DNA of 64,000 bases, from positions 34,844,001 through 34,908,000 of the forward strand of contig NC_135758.1 of NCBI RefSeq assembly GCF_052425735.1, in the 5' to 3' direction. Positions 37,046 to 49,731 of the stretch are shown piece after piece; within the stretch, counting starts at the first letter, position 1; every line of letters starts with the position of its first letter. The stretch comes from Oculina patagonica. Taxonomy: Eukaryota. The notes under the pieces are model-generated. The model saw only the letters and a list, made by a program, of their open reading frames with translations, made no database searches and was not told the origin of the DNA. The position numbers were made by a program, and so were the translations under genes.

Positions 37046-38994
37046 CTCCCCCCCCTCTTTTTTTTTTCCCCCCCCNNNNNNNNNNNNNNNNNNNNNNNNN
37101 NNNNNNNNNNNNNNNNNNNNNNNNNNNNNNNNNNNNNNNNNNNNNNNNNNNNNNNNNNNNNNNNNNNNNNNNNNNNNNNNNNNNNNNNNNNNNNNNNNNN
37201 NNNNNNNNTATGTGCTGTTAGCAGTAGGAAACACACCAGCAAGACATTGAGTAAACTTAAATTTATTCTCAATGACATGAAACTTGTGACTTAATTACCA
37301 GTGGTTTCTAGGACAATACCTAAATAAAGAAATATATTTCACTAAGAACAGAAATAACGGCATGCAGCAAAGGAAATACGATACAAATGAAAGAAACAAC
37401 ATATACCTGACGATTAAGATACATGGCGAAAACGGAGGTACAGCATAAACGAACATAGCTTCGTTAAACGTTAACTAACTTCTCTTCGCAGTTAAACAAT
37501 ATACATAAAATGCGTGAAAGACTAGACTATATAAACATGACTGCGGTAGGCTGGGCCGAAAGTCCACGGCCGATAAGGGATGGGTTCTTATATGTGCTGT
37601 GATATTTCAGATAAATGCAGTTTGTGCAGTCCAATCAAACAGTTTTAACGTGACAAGTGACACAGGACGCCCAGTCAGGACTTTGGTACCTGTAAGTTGT
37701 GCCATCTTTTTACATCTGATAACCATTGAATTTTAATTAACTATCATAAATACAAGCCCTGATAAGTATCTTCTGTAAGTTAATTCCCTGTCCCTGTTAA
37801 GCAAGGCTGGAGGCCAAGCACCCAAGGATTGTGATTTTATCAGCCCAAGAGTTCCTTTTGTTTTGGTTTTATGACACTCAATTGAAAACTACTCCATTAG
37901 GTATAGTTTGCAAAGACAATAAAAATTTTAGAGATTTATCACACAGAATGATAGTTAGAAAGTGTTCTTGACCGGTTCTTGACCCTATGTGCACGTCCTG
38001 TCATTGGGACCACAGCTTGTCATTTGGAAATGCAGCATGAGTTGCTTGGTAATCCATCTTGTCAAGGCTCAGGAACGTCTCGCCATGCGTAGCTTACAAT
38101 TTACGCGTAGTCGGCGCCTAGACAACCCCTATTTACATGCAGGCTTATAAAAATTGCCATCAACTTTTTTGGGCGTTACACTAAAAAGGATAAACGCTTT
38201 TTGCCCACGCTCGCGTTATATGATACTTATACTATAGGATTCTGTTCATCTTCAAAACTGTAGCACTTATCTAAGATTCGATACTGAATTCTGCTTTCCA
38301 GGGCTTAAATATGTTCACATATCGTCCCAATGCTGGAGGCACATGGTGGACCAAGGGTGATGCGCTTCGATACAGACATGTTAACGCCTCGGTTGAAGAA
38401 GGTGACGCAATCTTCATTGATGTCAACCCAACTGGCGACAGCACTCAAACACTTTTGGAATATGGCGTGTTCGTTCCTGAAGGAAGCAAATTCTTTAGTC
38501 CTTTACCAGAGCAAAACAGTCGAATGCGAAGGAGACTTATGGAGATGTTGAAACTCAAGAAAAGGGTAAAATACAGCGAGAAGTTCACTTTTAAGGCTGC
38601 TGGTCTTCCGCATTTCAGAATTCAAGCGCTTTCAGACAAAGAAGTGGACGAAATAGTGCGAGCAGGAAGCAATCCTAGTAAATTATCCGAGCTAAAAAAA
38701 GTATTCAGTAGTCCCTCGCTTCATGTTGAAAGCAACCCCTTGTACTCGTGCAAAGACGAAGTGGTCGCTTTAAATTTGTTGTCGTTGCATCTGCGAGATG
38801 AAATGTCAGGTAGATCTACAGGAATGCCACAAGACGAAGACATCTTGACCAAAGACATTCCTGCAAGGCTGCGCATTGCTGTGGAGTTTAGACTTAAGTT
38901 TAAGAAACTTGTTACTCACTATCTTGATATTACTAGCGCCCGAGCGATAGAGACAAAAAGAGAATGTCTGTCTAGGAAGAGGGACGAGCTGTAA
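35061..38994 (+). CDS. SET-domain protein (SETD3/Rubisco-LSMT class) with signal peptide and C-terminal RDEL, 463 aa; exons 35061-35323, 36071-36425, 37611-37691, 38302-38994
   Basis: N-terminus MAAKRILAIILVLSLGFFCFLKS. SET/iSET-like segments: FRKWFDDHGG, AVADRRIVEKESILMVPQSLLV, LAVFVLY..WLPYFKIL...LWMWSEEELKELQ, AVQSNSF, LVPGLNMF, GDAIFI...LLEYGVF, plus an LSMT substrate-binding-like tail (DEDIL...RLRIAVEFRLKFKKLV). GT-AG exons sum to 1392 nt. Confidence 0.85.
37076..37208. other. Assembly gap (N run) flanked by poly-T/C noise
   Basis: Run of n characters. Confidence 1.
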
Positions 38995-40654
38995 GATTGT
39001 TTTAACTGTCCAATCTGCTGTGCAAAAGGAGCGTTCAAACAAAAAACTTGATGTAAAACGAAGTCTAGGTACCGAAAACCTTTACAGTTTTTTAACATTT
39101 GAATTCACTGTAACTTTAGTCCACTTTAGTTTCGACTGAACTCTAAATCTTAAGTCCTCAGTTAGGTTTCATATTCTTAGTATAGGCTAGTGTTTAGTAA
39201 AATTTGGTACTGAGTTCTGCTTGTAGGGAACAGATATAAAAGAAAATTTATTTAGCTATTTATTTAAAAGTCGAATGTCATTATTTAATTAAATAAAATA
39301 AGTTTACTTAATATATCCCTGTGTTCAGTACACTTTTGAATTAACGAAATGTTTTTTGTCTTTCTTAATTTCTTCACGATTGACTGACCTAGCCTGTTCC
39401 AGGTGTTTGGTTTAATAGTCACTGAGGAACAACGCGAAGAACGGCGAGTGGAAGAAAGAAGGCGGAGGGTTTCGCCCTCCTTACAGGGTTGTTCAGGTCT
39501 TGGAAAATTGAAATTTTGTTTTTTTTTTTTTTTTTTTGTTTTTTTTTTTTTGTGAAAAGTATATAAAATTTTTTTTATAAAATAAAAAAGTTTTTTTTTT
39601 AAAAAGAAAAAAAAAATTTTATTTAAAAATTAATATAAAACCCTTCTAAACCGTCTATTCTTTTGCACTCCTCGCCGTAATTCGCTCTGCTCCGTAACTA
39701 ACCACACCTGGGCGTCTTGAAGGAGCAATACCTCGCCGGGTGCATCTTGCGCATTCGGTTAATTCGTCTCAAACTTCTCCAATCAACGCTTATCATATAT
39801 TGGCCCGTTTCCTTCAATTTAAATGTAGTTTTAAACGTTGCAAAAGTGTCTTAATAGTATACTTCCGTCGTAGCTCCTTTTAAGGTACGCTTCGCGAGGT
39901 TTTGGTAATGTTTTGCAAGTCTAGCTCCATCATCCTCCGGCCGGACCCGAGATCACACTTAGCATGCAAAAAAGCGTTGAAGACATTATAGAGCAGCCAA
40001 TATCATTTTCACCAATACCAACTTCCCAGGTTACAAGGTCCGTCACAACTGTTGAATCAGTTTACCTTTATCCTCCACCCCCCACCCCGCCCACAACCTA
40101 CAAGAAAACCATGGCGCTTAGAGGCAAGTTGACATTGTGGGGGGGTAACACTGGGATTCAGCAAAATATGTCGAAGCTTGCAGGTCACACTAATGAGGTT
40201 TAGAGAAAAAAATGAAGATCGAACATCTATATTTTACGTAAACAGAATAGAATAAAGTTTTTTATTTCTGTTCCTTGTATTAGAGGCATTTTGATAGGAT
40301 TTGAAGGATCAAGAGTCGCACGGGATATGTTGAATGAGTGGTTCTGAACTCATCTATCGAGAGAAAAAATTTTACATGTTTAACTTGACCCCTATCAGTG
40401 GTAATTTGCTTGTGATAGAAGTAGGAACTTATGTATAGTGTATGCCCGAAAAGATTAGTCGCGAACAGTACGATCCAATTCAAGCGATTGACCCAGTACA
40501 CAGAATGTATACCAATCAAAGGCCTAGATATAGCTAGCTGAGAAGTTCACCATTCCAGTGGCTGAGAAACGACCATCATTTAACTGGCAGATCCTCTCTG
40601 TCGTTTTTTTTTTCTCGGCCATCCTTCGTCCCCCCCCCAGTACATGACCAATGT

Positions 40655-41758
40655 TTAGCGGAAAACTATCATTTCAATTTCGATAGGCCCGTCGGTCTCA
40701 GCTGATAAACTCCCTGGGTTTACTGGAACAGCTTTTATTTTGAGTTCCGTGTTGCTGTAAACAGGGGGTACGTCGTCCAACTCTTCCTCGTCGCTTATAA
40801 AACCTGAGGATTCATCAGCTCCCCGGCTGCTTCCGCGTCGTTTTGAACTAAAGATCTTTTCTATGCTACTTTGGAATCGTTCCAGTTTCCTGTTAGAGTC
40901 ACGTGAGAGTCTAAGGCGGGTAAACACCCGTTCCAGACCTCGTCTCACTGCTCGTCGAATCCTTGAGGGAAGTTTTCGAATTCTGCAGGACAAATTATTA
41001 AACAGGATGATGTTAAGAGAATACACACGAACATATAACTCTTCAGATTTTTCTTTTCTTTGGGGCAAGGGGGCGGGGGCGCTGGGGTTGTGACTTCTGA
41101 ATGTTAAATTCCTTTTCAAACGCATTCCTATGAACGCAAACTTGCAAATGATGATGTAGATAATTTGATCGCAAAAAGAAAGTCAAGTATACCACGCATT
41201 AAACAAAAAGAAAAAAACCTCTGTAACTTTTATTTATTTTTATCCTAACACGCGATGAGAATCTCCTTTCCTAGCTACATTGTTCTTAAATATGGCCTGA
41301 CCCTGTACAACTCATTCAGCACATACAACCAAAAACTGAAAGGGAAGCTAACAATCTATGGTGGGACTGGTAGAACTATAAATTATTTAAAATTTATAGA
41401 AATACAAAATTTATTTTGTATTTATTTTTTATAGTTGATGTGATATCTTAAAAAATGTTATCAACTTAATAAATGTAGATGTAGATGTAGATGTTCCACT
41501 TAACTGTTTTCCAATAATGCGCAGATTCCGTCGCAATCTTGGAAGGGCAACGTCCATCTTGATCAGAAAAGCTAATCTCTGACAATAAAGATGTCTTGTA
41601 AAATAAACTTAACAATATAAAAATGAAAACAAAATAAAATAAAATCCTTTGTTTTGCATAAACTGGGAAACTAAGCAAGTTGGCCTCAAACTTACTATCA
41701 AAGTTAAAGTATTACACAAAATACCTTTAGAATTGACGCTCTTTGTCTCGAAATGCAT
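40655..41758 (-). CDS. Small uncharacterised basic/acidic protein (~145 aa), divergent from URM1
   Basis: Terminal exon ~40655-40982 after cctgcag (IRKLPSRIRRAVRRGL...SDEEELDD...IEMIVFR*). Possible upstream exons 41725-41758 and ~41501-41579; the donor of the middle exon is weak. Confidence 0.4.
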
Positions 41759-42367
41759 TTCGAAACGCAATTCCAAGAGTAAGCTTATCTTTCAAAAGCC
41801 AGGGTATCATTTCGTCGGTTGGTAAGACGATTCTTTGCGTTGAAAGGTTTACGGACTTTACGAGGATTTTTAATTGAATTTGACGTCACAATTACGCGGA
41901 TAACTCAATGATTAGTGGGCGTGGAAGGCCGCAGGTTGTAGGTACCTTAAGGCTAATTAAGTTGGAATCAACCTAGATTCTTGACTTAATATCAAATGCT
42001 TAGACTTCATCCTTCTAAAATGACCGAAAACAAGATAAGGTATCGCCTGTTCCCAGACAAGGAATTTGAATAAATAGAATCGCTAGCTAGGGCGCATGGA
42101 AGGGGGATTCCCTTGTCATGTGCGTGAGTTATAGAACGCGCGCGTTAAAATCATAAATTTCTAACGAGGCAGCTACGAAATTTTATTTTAGCAAGAAATC
42201 AAGCAAATTTACAGAATGCAGTATATGCATCATACGCTGTGGACCTTGGACTTCTTCGAACAACCCACTTTGCAATTGGGAGGAGCAAAAACGCGACAAA
42301 CCATTGGAAACCGCGAAATTTTGTCCAGCGGATGAATACGCGAGAACTGTGCGCGTGGGCTTGTAAA

Positions 42368-43762
42368 ATGGCGGACGGTCTCAAGATCTCAGTTCAGTTC
42401 AGGTACTTTCTTCTGTTCTACTGTTTCCTGCAGGTTGAAATTTACGAAGAATGTTTTATCACGGTGATAATACTAACAAGATATTATTTCTTCTTCAGCG
42501 GTGGGGCCGAGCTGCTATTCAATAAAGTGAAGGAACACGATGTTGTTTTACCGAAGGATCAAGATTCATGTGAGTATAATGTTTATCTACCATTAATTTA
42601 CTGTTATTTCATAAGTGAGGGGTAAATCAATAGATATACTCTAGATCTTGATCTTATTTTCGCTACCTGGTCAATTTGTTATTGTATAAAGAAGAAATTA
42701 CATTTTGAACTATTATATACCCGGGTTATATATTAAAACTCTTGGTACCTTTAAAGGTTCATTCAATAAGCTTAAAAATACCACAAAATGTACATATTCT
42801 TTACAATTAATAACCGCTTTGATGCAGAATATCTGATCTGTTTTGTTTATTGTGATGATTTTTATACAGAAATCCTTTTTTTCTCCAACAGGGACTATAA
42901 GAAGATTACTGATATGGATCAAAGATAATTTGTTAAAAGAGAGACCTGAACTGTTTATTCAAGGGGAATCAGTGTAAGAAATATTTTATTATTCACTGTT
43001 GAACTGATTGGCTTATAACAATTTTGATAGTACCCTTCAGAAAATTCTTGTGCACTCATTTGTCAAAAGCTATGGTCAATGAGAGTATAGACCATGCCTG
43101 TAACGCAATGCAAGGCAAATTTTGGAAAACTTGAGAAATTGTTGCCACTCTTTCAAAACCAAAATCTGACAAGTTGAGAAATGTGTAGTTCCATAAATTA
43201 TCTATACCTCCTCCACTGAAGGGATTTTTCCTAAGGACCCCCCCCCCCCTCTCTGGAAATTCCAATTAAGCTTCATAACTTCCTTAGTTTTTGGCCTTTG
43301 AGATCCCACCCACCCCCAGGAATTTCCAACCTCTTCTGGACGAGTGTATGGACATTTTCTGGAACCACACAATGGAAACTGGAACAGCTTCAAGTGGAAC
43401 ACCGTAATCTTAAGAGCTGTCACACATGTGCCACTTCGACTTATTTTCCCTCTTGCTGGTAAATCTTCAATTCTATGCAACCCTTGTAAATCAAAGTTAA
43501 TATATTTGTCATTTGATTCGTCACAATTTTTTTTTATTTCTTTCTAGACGGCCTGGAATATTGGTGTTAATAAATGAAGCAGACTGGGAGCTAATGGTAT
43601 GGAAAAACGTTAATGACCCCTTTTTCCAAGCTTGGTATATTTAAGGTATTTTTGGGCTCTCTTGTACTCATTTAATTGTGGTTTCTTCTACAGGGTGAAT
43701 TGGATTACGAACTGCAAGAAAACGATAGCATTGTTTTTATATCTACTCTTCATGGAGGATAG
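42368..43762 (+). CDS. URM1: Ubiquitin-related modifier 1; exons 42368-42402, 42499-42569, 42891-42973, 43548-43596, 43694-43762
   Basis: Spliced product: [25 protein letters not shown]...[58 protein letters not shown]. Confidence 0.96.
43181..43372. mobile_element. MITE in URM1 intron 3
   Basis: TIR pair ATGTGTAGTTCCATAAATTATCTATAC / GTATGGACATTTTCTGGAACCACACAA. Confidence 0.65.
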
Positions 43763-44067
43763 TATATTTTCCAGACAGAAAGAGGAATCAAATTAGAAGC
43801 TAACCACTTGAAAGGAAGAACATCGCATTTTATTTTAATGTATATCAGTGCCAGACTGGAGAGAGCTCACACTTCAAAACAAGGACCTATTGAAGACTTG
43901 CAGAGAAGGCAGATAATTTGCACAGAAGTATTAGTAATAATTATTGATGTCTTTGTACTTCACGGTGCAACAGTGATCAAAGGCTCTTCGAGCAACCTCA
44001 TGCTAATTCGATGAATGAAGTGCCGACCTCCGCATTTTTTTCTAAATAAGTGTCCAATAAAGTAAAG

Positions 44068-44990
44068 CAATCTCACTTTGCTTTATTTTTCCACGTGAGT
44101 TGCGTCATTGATGGCTCGTGCTCTCAGGGGTCGTAGCGCTATTTAGTTTTCACAACCAAAATATTTACCGGTTAGTGTATTACCTTTGATCCTTTTAAGC
44201 ATTAAGTAAATCTGTTTTGTGAATATGTTTACTTTTCTGTTAGCACGTATAGCGTTATTTTTGAGAGCGGAAAAATTTGAGAGAAAAGATACGCCCGAGC
44301 ATTTCGTGTATCTGCTTGACTCAAAAAGATGAAAAACGGATGACGTGACACGAGGTGACGTGACGCGAGACAAAAACGTGCCGTGGATGTGGTATTAACT
44401 AAAACACGTCACATGACGAGCGTAATAATTTTTTATAACGGTTCAAGCGTAACTATATGTAGTTTATAGGTGCTATCAGTAATGTCACAATCTCACTTAA
44501 TTTGCCTTCGAATGTTTTCTTGCGTGAATGGATCATTGATAGTTTTTTCTTCAAATAAGCGTTTAATAATGTAACACAATCTCACTTTATTTCCTGTGAA
44601 TGTTTTATTTTTCCATGGGAATTGCGTCATTAATGGTTCGTGCTCTCAGGCTTTGTAGCGCGAATTCTATTTCATCACACAAATTAAGTGTAACCTTTGA
44701 TCCTTTTTAGCATTAAGCAAATTTGTTTTGTGAATATGTTTACTTTTCTGCCAGCACGTATAGCGTTATTTTTAGCAGCGAATAAAATTTGAGAGAAAGA
44801 TGCGCGTTTCTGCACGACTCAAAAAGATAAAGAACGGATGACGTGACACGAAGATGATGTGACGCAAAACAAAAACGTGCATGAATGTTGTGTTTACTAA
44901 AACGCGTCTTTGAATGTTTTCTTACGTGAATGGGTCATTGATAGCCTATGCTTTGAGGCTTCGTTGAGCGAATTTTATTCTCTTTTATCA
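44068..44990 (+). repeat. Degenerate direct duplication (~510-530-bp unit, two copies) between URM1 and RPL35
   Basis: TGTTTTGTGAATATGTTTACTTTTCTG..AGCACGTATAGCGTTATTTT and GGATGACGTGACACGA occur at ~44213/44338 and ~44723/44836. Confidence 0.8.
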
Positions 44991-46245
44991 CCAGAGGATA
45001 AGTGTAAGTGATCCTCTTTCGATTTGTTTTGTGAAATTCAATTCAGTTGCCTGAAAGAGAGAGACCCTGGAATGAGGTTGAAGAATAATTTGTTTCTGAT
45101 TGACATGTGCTGAATGCGTTTAAAGGACCTTTCTGTCAGCACGTTTCTCGTTTAATGATGAATTAATTGCGGTTTGATATCAGAATCCAGTGAGTGACTG
45201 AGTGAGTGAGTGTTCGAGTGAGAAAATGCGGCCCATAACATAACCTCATTACCATTCGGTAAAAATGACGAAAATACATAGGACACTGCATAAATATCTT
45301 CAGTCATGTGATCAAACATGACAAAATCTGCTTGCACGATACAATGAGCAATACAATAATAAAGATATGTGCACTAGAATCACACTAAGATAATGGTCAA
45401 AATGACTAGAAAATGTAAAAACTCACTCCTGTATTTTCTATATGCCCCAAGTTATTGTATAAATTTCTATAAGGTCAGATAAAATACTGGAGAACATGCA
45501 GGGAAACACAATTTTAAAATAATATCACGGCATCTGGAATTGTTTTTGAGATGAAAGATAAAAGCTATTTCACACATGCACACACATTGTAGTTGATCCA
45601 GTATGCAGCAATGCAGTGCATTTGTCTGCAGCTCGTTATAACTTAGTCTCTGAGCAGTTAGATAGTATTTGGAAAAAAGCGAGACTGCTAAAACTTGTCC
45701 TTTTTTCCCAGCTCAAAAGTGAATGTTATAAATAAATGGAGAATGCAAAAAACTGTGTTTAATGGGTGTGCATTTATGAGGGGTACTCATTTTAAAGAAA
45801 GAGAATGTCTTCCACCAGAAACCCATAAGGGTTGAAACGTGTAATGCCCGCGCACAGCGTTTGAATATTCATTTTGCTAAGTACCATATTTGGAAACACG
45901 AAGAATTTGTACGCAAGTGTAGAAAATAAAACACTAAATTGCTGGAAAAAGGTCATCAACATCATCTGACTCGTTCTTTGCACCAAAATCATTTGTGCTA
46001 AATTTACCCTTTGTTCATGCCAAACCTAGTCCATCCCGGGCTGGCTCAGCTCATGTAATACCGGGCTGGAAGTCTGCCTACGTGGCAAGCCGAGCCAGCC
46101 TGGCTAACCAGGCCAGCCTTGCTCATGTAATCAAGCCAGTAAAGAGTGTTACCTGCAAAAGGGAAAGTAATAGAAATTCCCTCCAAAAAATAAATACAGA
46201 AAGCAATTTTTATCTACACAAGATATTTATTGACAGACAGTTGAT

Positions 46246-48848
46246 TTACTCTTTTACAGCATATTTTCTCAATGAGAAGTGTGTTAGCTTCTTCTGCTGC
46301 TTCAAGGTCTTACGGGAAGCCTCGTGCTTGGTGAGGGCTCGTCTCATGGCACGGGTCTTCTTTGGCCTGAGGTCAAGAGGTTTGAACTTCTTTGTTTTGT
46401 AGAACTTGCGCAGGTTCTCACGCTGAGTCTGGCTGATAACAGTCAACACCCGGGCAATGGATTTTCGGACAAGTTTTCTGCAAAAGAACAAGTAGCACAT
46501 CAGGGATGACAATTGACCATAAAGCAGCACTTGTTGCCCAAATATATAGAAGGAGAACTCTTTGAACTAGAGATATTGCCTGTGGTTGAGAATTTTTTTT
46601 TTATAACAAATTCAAGTTTCTTTGGAATGACAAGAATGAAACTGAACATGTCAAACTTCTTTGACATTTTGTAATGTACAAAATTATCTTTGAATTGGCC
46701 ATTCTGAGGTTGCACAGGGAACTGGGGCGAGTTTCTAATTTTAAGCAATCAATAATCTGACACCACCATATGAAAGATCCAGGTTAAATTGGTCATTTGA
46801 CCAAGTTTGATGCTTTTAAGATGGACTGAAATAACGTTTTCCATACAAACGCAAAGAAAGATGATCGAGATCATGAGCTGCATATACTTCCATATCAAAA
46901 TAATTTTCACCTGATAAAATGCTACAAAAACAAACTGCCCTTCACCCCCTCTCTCTGCCTCCTCCTACTCTAGTTAGAGTAGGAGGAGGATCATGCATTT
47001 ACGTGCATTAAGGACGTTTGCGCCAAAATTTTCTACTCAATAGATTTTTTTACATTTTTTTCTGCGGTCAGATAATGAGTTACTTGTGTCAGAAATGCAA
47101 AAAAAAGTTAGGGTCACCGACTTAATTTCAGAGAAAAAGTGTGTAAAAACCTACCCTGATTTTGAGAAATTGGCGCACGTAATTCAGCATGATTTACAGG
47201 GTTTATAATTAAAAATATCTAAGATGAGTAAACGAGCTAACGATCCTAGTCACATTTTGTAGAAGTGCGTCTGTTGCGTAAATAATTCTTAGTTTTGCCA
47301 TCTTTTTTGTAAAACTTTACCCTGGAAAAACGCATTTGAAACTATCGTACGGCAAAAAGGAAAGCTTAAAAAGTGGAATTCCAACCGTCAGTGTGCCAAA
47401 AAAAATCACACTTCCACTCGATAGATTTTTTCATTTTCTTGCAAAACGTAGATATTAATTAACAAAAGTGATCCGTTGAGAAAAAAGTAAGGATCACCGA
47501 CCATTTAAGAGAGCAAAATGCAAGCAAAGCTAGGGGAACGGCAACTCACCCTATATAATCTTAGAAATTTTACTCAGTGCGCACGCTCAAAGTGTGACGT
47601 GGCATGGTGTTGCGACATGAATTATGTGTGCAGTAGGGATGTGCATAAACAATTAGTGCGAACGTCCTTAAGTTCTCTATTGCATCTGATGCTTGGTTTA
47701 CAATGGCCGATTCTCTCTATGGTGAATCAGCAGGTCCTATTCATCGTTGCTAAGTCTCAAGCATGGTTTGATGAATACAACTACCATGATTCCCTGCAGG
47801 CGCGAGCCATGGAGGGAATCAGGCATTAGTTAGAAATGAAAGAAGTTTGTCTGGAACTATACCAGTCTACCAATAATGCTTACAGCTTGCAACTGTGTAA
47901 CTGACCACACTACAGACTTTTCAAACTATGGCTACTGGTGATCTGGAGATTTATAAATTAAAGCAAGGCATCTGCTGAAATATGGAGATCCAGCAAATAC
48001 ACACAACATTTCCAACATAAGAAAGAAAATAAGTCTCTTAAATTGTGCTAATTTTCCGTGAGAATACCATGACACAACTACAAGAGGATGTCAGTCAACA
48101 CAAAGGGGACTTGAGAGGTCTGTGATCATACGCAACAAAATTGAGCTTCAAGACTCAAGGTCACATTTCAATTTTAACTTACATTTTGGAGAGTTTAGAA
48201 GCAGCCCCTCCAGTCACCTTAGCAACTTCCAGCGCAGACAACTCAGTCTTGAGTTCATCAAGCTGCTTCAGAAGCTCTTCCTTCTTCTTCCCGCGAAGCT
48301 CGTGAGCTTTTACTTTCACCTGCAGTGCCACGAATCAAAATAACAACACGAATGAAACCTTCGCCAACCCGTTACTTTTTCGTAAAATTTCTGTGAAAAT
48401 CGTAGTGGCTATGTCTCTAAATACAGAAGATTTGGTGTTGAATGACAACACAAAGATGAAGATCGAGAAATCGATTATTGAGTTTCGGAGTTTCAGTTAG
48501 AACTATCTGTCCAATGTTTATACGGTATGTAGCGCCATTTGAGCGATAACAGAAACGCTTTCACTAATTCCCAACATTATCAACAGCAAAGTATATCTTA
48601 AAATACAGTAGCTATAAATTGTTACACCCAGCGATGTCTACGACAAAGATAATAAGAATGGAGGTCACGAGTGTAATTTTGTTCAATTCTTTTTCAGCTA
48701 CAGCGGTATAAAAATAGGGAAATAGAACAATCACCAAAAAGATTGATGTTTAGTATTTTGTTTGCGGAAGGGAATAGTGACATAAATACAATCAACGATA
48801 CGATGGAAAGGGATGTTTACTACGTATATTTTCACGAAAACCCACCAT
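46246..48848 (-). CDS. RPL35: 60S ribosomal protein L35 (uL29); exons 48846-48848 (ATG), 48183-48319, 46246-46477
   Basis: [63 protein letters not shown]...[23 protein letters not shown]...YAVKE*. Confidence 0.97.
47012..47667. mobile_element. MITE with TTAA target-site duplication (Kolobok-like), in RPL35 intron 2
   Basis: TTAA|GGACGTTTGCGC ... GTGCGAACGTCC|TTAA; internal direct repeat ACTC.ATAGATTTTTT...TCACCGAC occurs twice. Confidence 0.8.
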
Positions 48849-48863
48849 TTTGGATGTCGGCTT

Positions 48864-48873
48864 AGAGAGAAAG
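48864..48873 (-). promoter_or_regulatory. 5' terminal oligopyrimidine (TOP)/TCT initiator of RPL35
   Basis: CTTTCTCTCT lies 15 nt upstream of the ATG, as is typical of ribosomal protein genes. Confidence 0.7.
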
Positions 48874-49731
48874 TCACAGGGCTTCTCGCATAGCCTTATG
48901 GGTGATAACACCGGTAGGCCGCTCAATGTTGCTGTGGAGATCGCGGGCTCAAGGCAAGCAGCGCTTTATGGCTTTGGGCCAGTCTTTGGGCTTACAAACA
49001 TGCCTACAAACTGGGACTGATGAATGAAATTATTTTAAAGCCAAGAAAATTATGGAAAAAGTGCAATATCTTGTAGTGAAAGATTCCTGTAATTATGAGC
49101 AAAAAAGAAAATATATCCTATAAAAATGTGACTGGCACTAGACTACAAACCAAATGCGCTGATAGGACAGTTGTTCGGGAGCCCATAGGCTCCTGACAAT
49201 TCTAGGAACGCAATTTTTGGATTCTACTTGTCTCAAGAGGGGTTTACCATCACTTTTTCCCCAACGTTCTGAGGGTTGCTGGGAAGTGGGAAAAGAAACT
49301 TAAAGTTATTAAAAGGCAAGAATTATATCAAGAATAGAATATGACGTAATTCATTGTTATGACGCATAATTGAGTGGAAGAACTCCACACATTGCAGGCA
49401 GCACCAAGCTATTGGCGGGATCATGAAATAACAAATCAAAACTTAATCTTACGTTTATCACATGTTTTCATTATCATTCCATTTAATCCTCCTCGCAGAT
49501 GTCCTAGGAAATCAGCAAATATCAACGTGCAAGTGAGTATTTTTTTGGTGGGAAATTCAATTAATTGCGCGCGCTCTCGCTCGGGGACGAAAATGACTTT
49601 TGCGGGCTTAGCTTTTTGGACAAAAATTGTATATAAATTTCCCCATATTTAGGTTCCTTCTTGAGCTTGAGCGAATCTTAATTATTGACTGACCTTGCTG
49701 TGATAATACATTTTTTTAGATTACTCGCGCC

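Noticed and set aside
48040-48135. Box C/D or H/ACA snoRNA in the RPL35 intron (AUCACAGACCU is antisense to a conserved 18S segment)
   Set aside because: Only an 11-nt match that overlaps a non-consensus C box, with no canonical D/D' placement and no clear H box.
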